This document shows positions 61,751 to 64,000 of a DNA stretch of 64,000 bases, in pieces. The stretch covers positions 63,984,001 to 64,048,000 of the forward strand of contig NW_026262723.1 of the NCBI RefSeq assembly GCF_021869535.1, read 5' to 3'. A model generated the notes under the pieces. It saw nothing but the letters and a program-made list of their open reading frames with translations. It did not search any database and had not been told where the DNA came from. Position 1 is the stretch's first letter, and each line of letters opens with the position of its first letter. The DNA comes from Mytilus californianus (taxonomy: Eukaryota). Both the position numbers and the translations under genes were made by a program.

Positions 61751-62574
61751 GCTTTTGATCTAGAAATGACAATTACGTCGGAGGAAGTTGGTTTGTAAAA
61801 CGAAATTGGGATTGTTTTTACTGTATTATGTCTGAAATCTAGACCGTTTAAATAACTAGCACAAGCAAATCAAATTAGAAATAAAAATACATGATACCGG
61901 TGAAATAGTAAGGAAAACACAAGTACAAACTATACAATAATACAATAATAAGCAATATCGTATCAAAGTAAGATAACATTTACTAAAAACAAGCTCAAAG
62001 TACTTAAACTGCTGATATGAAATCATTTCATTCCATATTCTTATATTATCGGTGAAATATTTGCTTATCTTCTGTGAATTTGAGGGAAATGTTTTACTTT
62101 TGTTTTATCATACATTATATTTGATATGTTTCCCTCAGTTTTAGTTTGTAACCCAGATTTGTTTTTTTCTCAATCGATTTATGAATTTCGAACAGTGGTA
62201 TACTACTGTTGCCTTTATTTATCAACTCGTTGACAAATATCCCAATTTGAACATTCTACGGTATTTATTAAGGGATTGAATGTCCAAATGCTTTTAAAGC
62301 CAAATAGCGTAAAATCAACAGGTCATCATAATCTGAAGAAAAAAATATAAGCAAAGATCTTTGATGTAAGATAAGCTATAAAAACGTCTAAACAACAAAA
62401 TGTAAAACACTAAATGGAAAGTAGATACAACAGGAAGACAACGGCACTGTACTACAGCATCCTGTCTTCGAATAGGCACATTTAGTATGAAAATGAAATA
62501 ATAAAATGGAAATTGCTTGGGCAGTGCAAGCCATAACTAAAATTATATATAAATATACTAAATAAATGATTTGG

Positions 62575-62662
62575 AAAATACGTTGAGGGTATAAAAAGTC
62601 ATGAGAATTCTGAATGCAAAATACGTTGAAGGTATAAAAAGTCATGAGAATTCCGAATGCAA
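62575..62662. repeat. ~43-bp tandem duplication
   Basis: aaaatacgttga.ggtataaaaagtcatgagaattc.gaatgc occurs twice. Confidence 0.85.
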
Positions 62663-64000
62663 TTAGGTAAATTTCCGTTAATATGTTAACATGTTGAACT
62701 TCGACCCCGGATTCAACCTGGGTTAATAAACCAATTGACAAATAGAGATCTCGATCCTTGCGCTCAAAATGTAATTCTAAGTGAAGTATACTGGCAATTT
62801 TTTTTTACAGAAATATATACACATTTTATCATTAATATATTGTCATGCTTCTGCATATTCACGTTTGTGCACGCTGAACTTTAGTTAAATTTGATTCTAT
62901 ACAAATTTTATTACGTCAAGCAATAGGAGTAAGAATATATTTTCGCGCCAAAATAACCTGCATCACTGCCTGCATCAGTATTCTATCGTAATCTGTCTGA
63001 CATTTCATTTAAATAGCGTTTAATAATATAGAGTAATTTTGGTAAGTATTACTTATTAATGTTAAGGTTCTCCAGAGGTGGTTCTCTAGACCTTCTTGAC
63101 GGTCAGTTTAATCCCATTTATCAACAGAGACATATAGTATTATATGTCTCTGTTATCAATTATCCCCGATGACAGAAATGTTAACCCAGTCGATTTGTGT
63201 CGTGAGTGAAAATCTTATCTATTTGATGAACTAATTTCTTCATTAACTGTACATGCGATATTTTTGTATTATTTGACAACCAATCACATTCACTTTGCAT
63301 GATAAATGGGTTATGCATGTGTGAATTGTGTAGTGTGTTGTAAGGGCGATGCAAAATTGTGACGTCAGTGCGCGATCACGTGACATTATTATTTGTAAAC
63401 AAACCGGCTCCCCATGTAACACGTGTGGGAATTATCCATACAAAGTGCAATCAATCTTGTATTTCACTATTTTATGATATTTTTGTGTCTGTTTGTAGGT
63501 TTGCAGATCAGTAGTCAAAGTAAAAATAGACATAGTGTTATTGTTCCTGTTCTGAGTTGTGATTTTTTTTATATATCCCGGATAGAATTAGAAGGTAAGT
63601 ACATTAGTCATTATTTAATTTAAGTCTGAAAAGATGACCCAACTTCCCTATAATTTTTCCTCAATTTTTGAAACACGCAAAATTTAAAGAGCATTTGCTT
63701 CCCTTGAACACTATTTGACCCCCTCTACTCCCCATTTCCCTCCAAATTTGTTCAAAAGTCATACTCAAAGTCCAACGGCTGTTTTGTGATTTTGACATTT
63801 TAACTATTATTTTCATATTGAACACATTCATTCATTCAGCTTCCATGTATTTGCATCTCAAGTTATATGAACGAGGTGTTAGGTCATGTTTTCCTATACA
63901 CCTTATTTTTATTTGTCTGCCATTACTGGACATCACCCAGGCTCCTGTAAAATTTTGATGTCACAATACAAAATATCTGATGCCACAATTGAAAATGATT

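Larger units (their letters stand above)
58027..62400. repeat. Tandem-duplication unit B (paralog of 31733-32956 plus 55030-58020)
   Basis: Co-linear, high-identity alignment including introns, promoter and minisatellite. Confidence 0.92.

Noticed and set aside
63340-63602. Motif-rich stretch (TGACGTCA, two CACGTG) followed by a GAAG|gtaagt donor near 63596
   Set aside because: Could be a promoter and first exon or a transposon end; the downstream sequence lies outside the window, so it cannot be resolved.

Overview
AT-rich animal genomic DNA, almost certainly from a Mytilus mussel, since it carries two intron-containing mytilin antimicrobial-peptide genes. Exon structures were reconstructed by hand from splice sites and reading-frame phase. 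No database searches were possible. (1) 1.9-21.5 kb: two tandem minus-strand paralogs, each with six coding exons, encode secreted precursors I cannot assign to a known family. Their layout is signal peptide, 4-Cys N-flank, one variable exon encoding a Cys-free amphipathic helix (extremely Lys/Gly-rich in copy 1), an IFG-KR amidation/cleavage motif, 4-Cys C-flank and a conserved C-terminal domain. (2) 32957-55025: a 22-kb insertion with bipartite inverted termini and a TATA target duplication, whose empty site is visible in a paralogous block at 59237. It contains an intact 842-aa RAG1/Transib-like DDE transposase ORF, a two-exon chromodomain gene split by a 14-kb intron full of nested mobile elements, and a decayed THAP ORF. 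(3) 55-62.4 kb: a recent ~4.2-kb tandem duplication with two mytilin genes. Their mature peptides differ almost only by non-synonymous changes, and one copy has lost its acidic propeptide through nonsense mutations. The rest is dispersed repeats, MITEs, retroelement remnants and a short ~180-bp satellite array. Most short ORFs in the supplied track are non-coding noise or antisense shadows.
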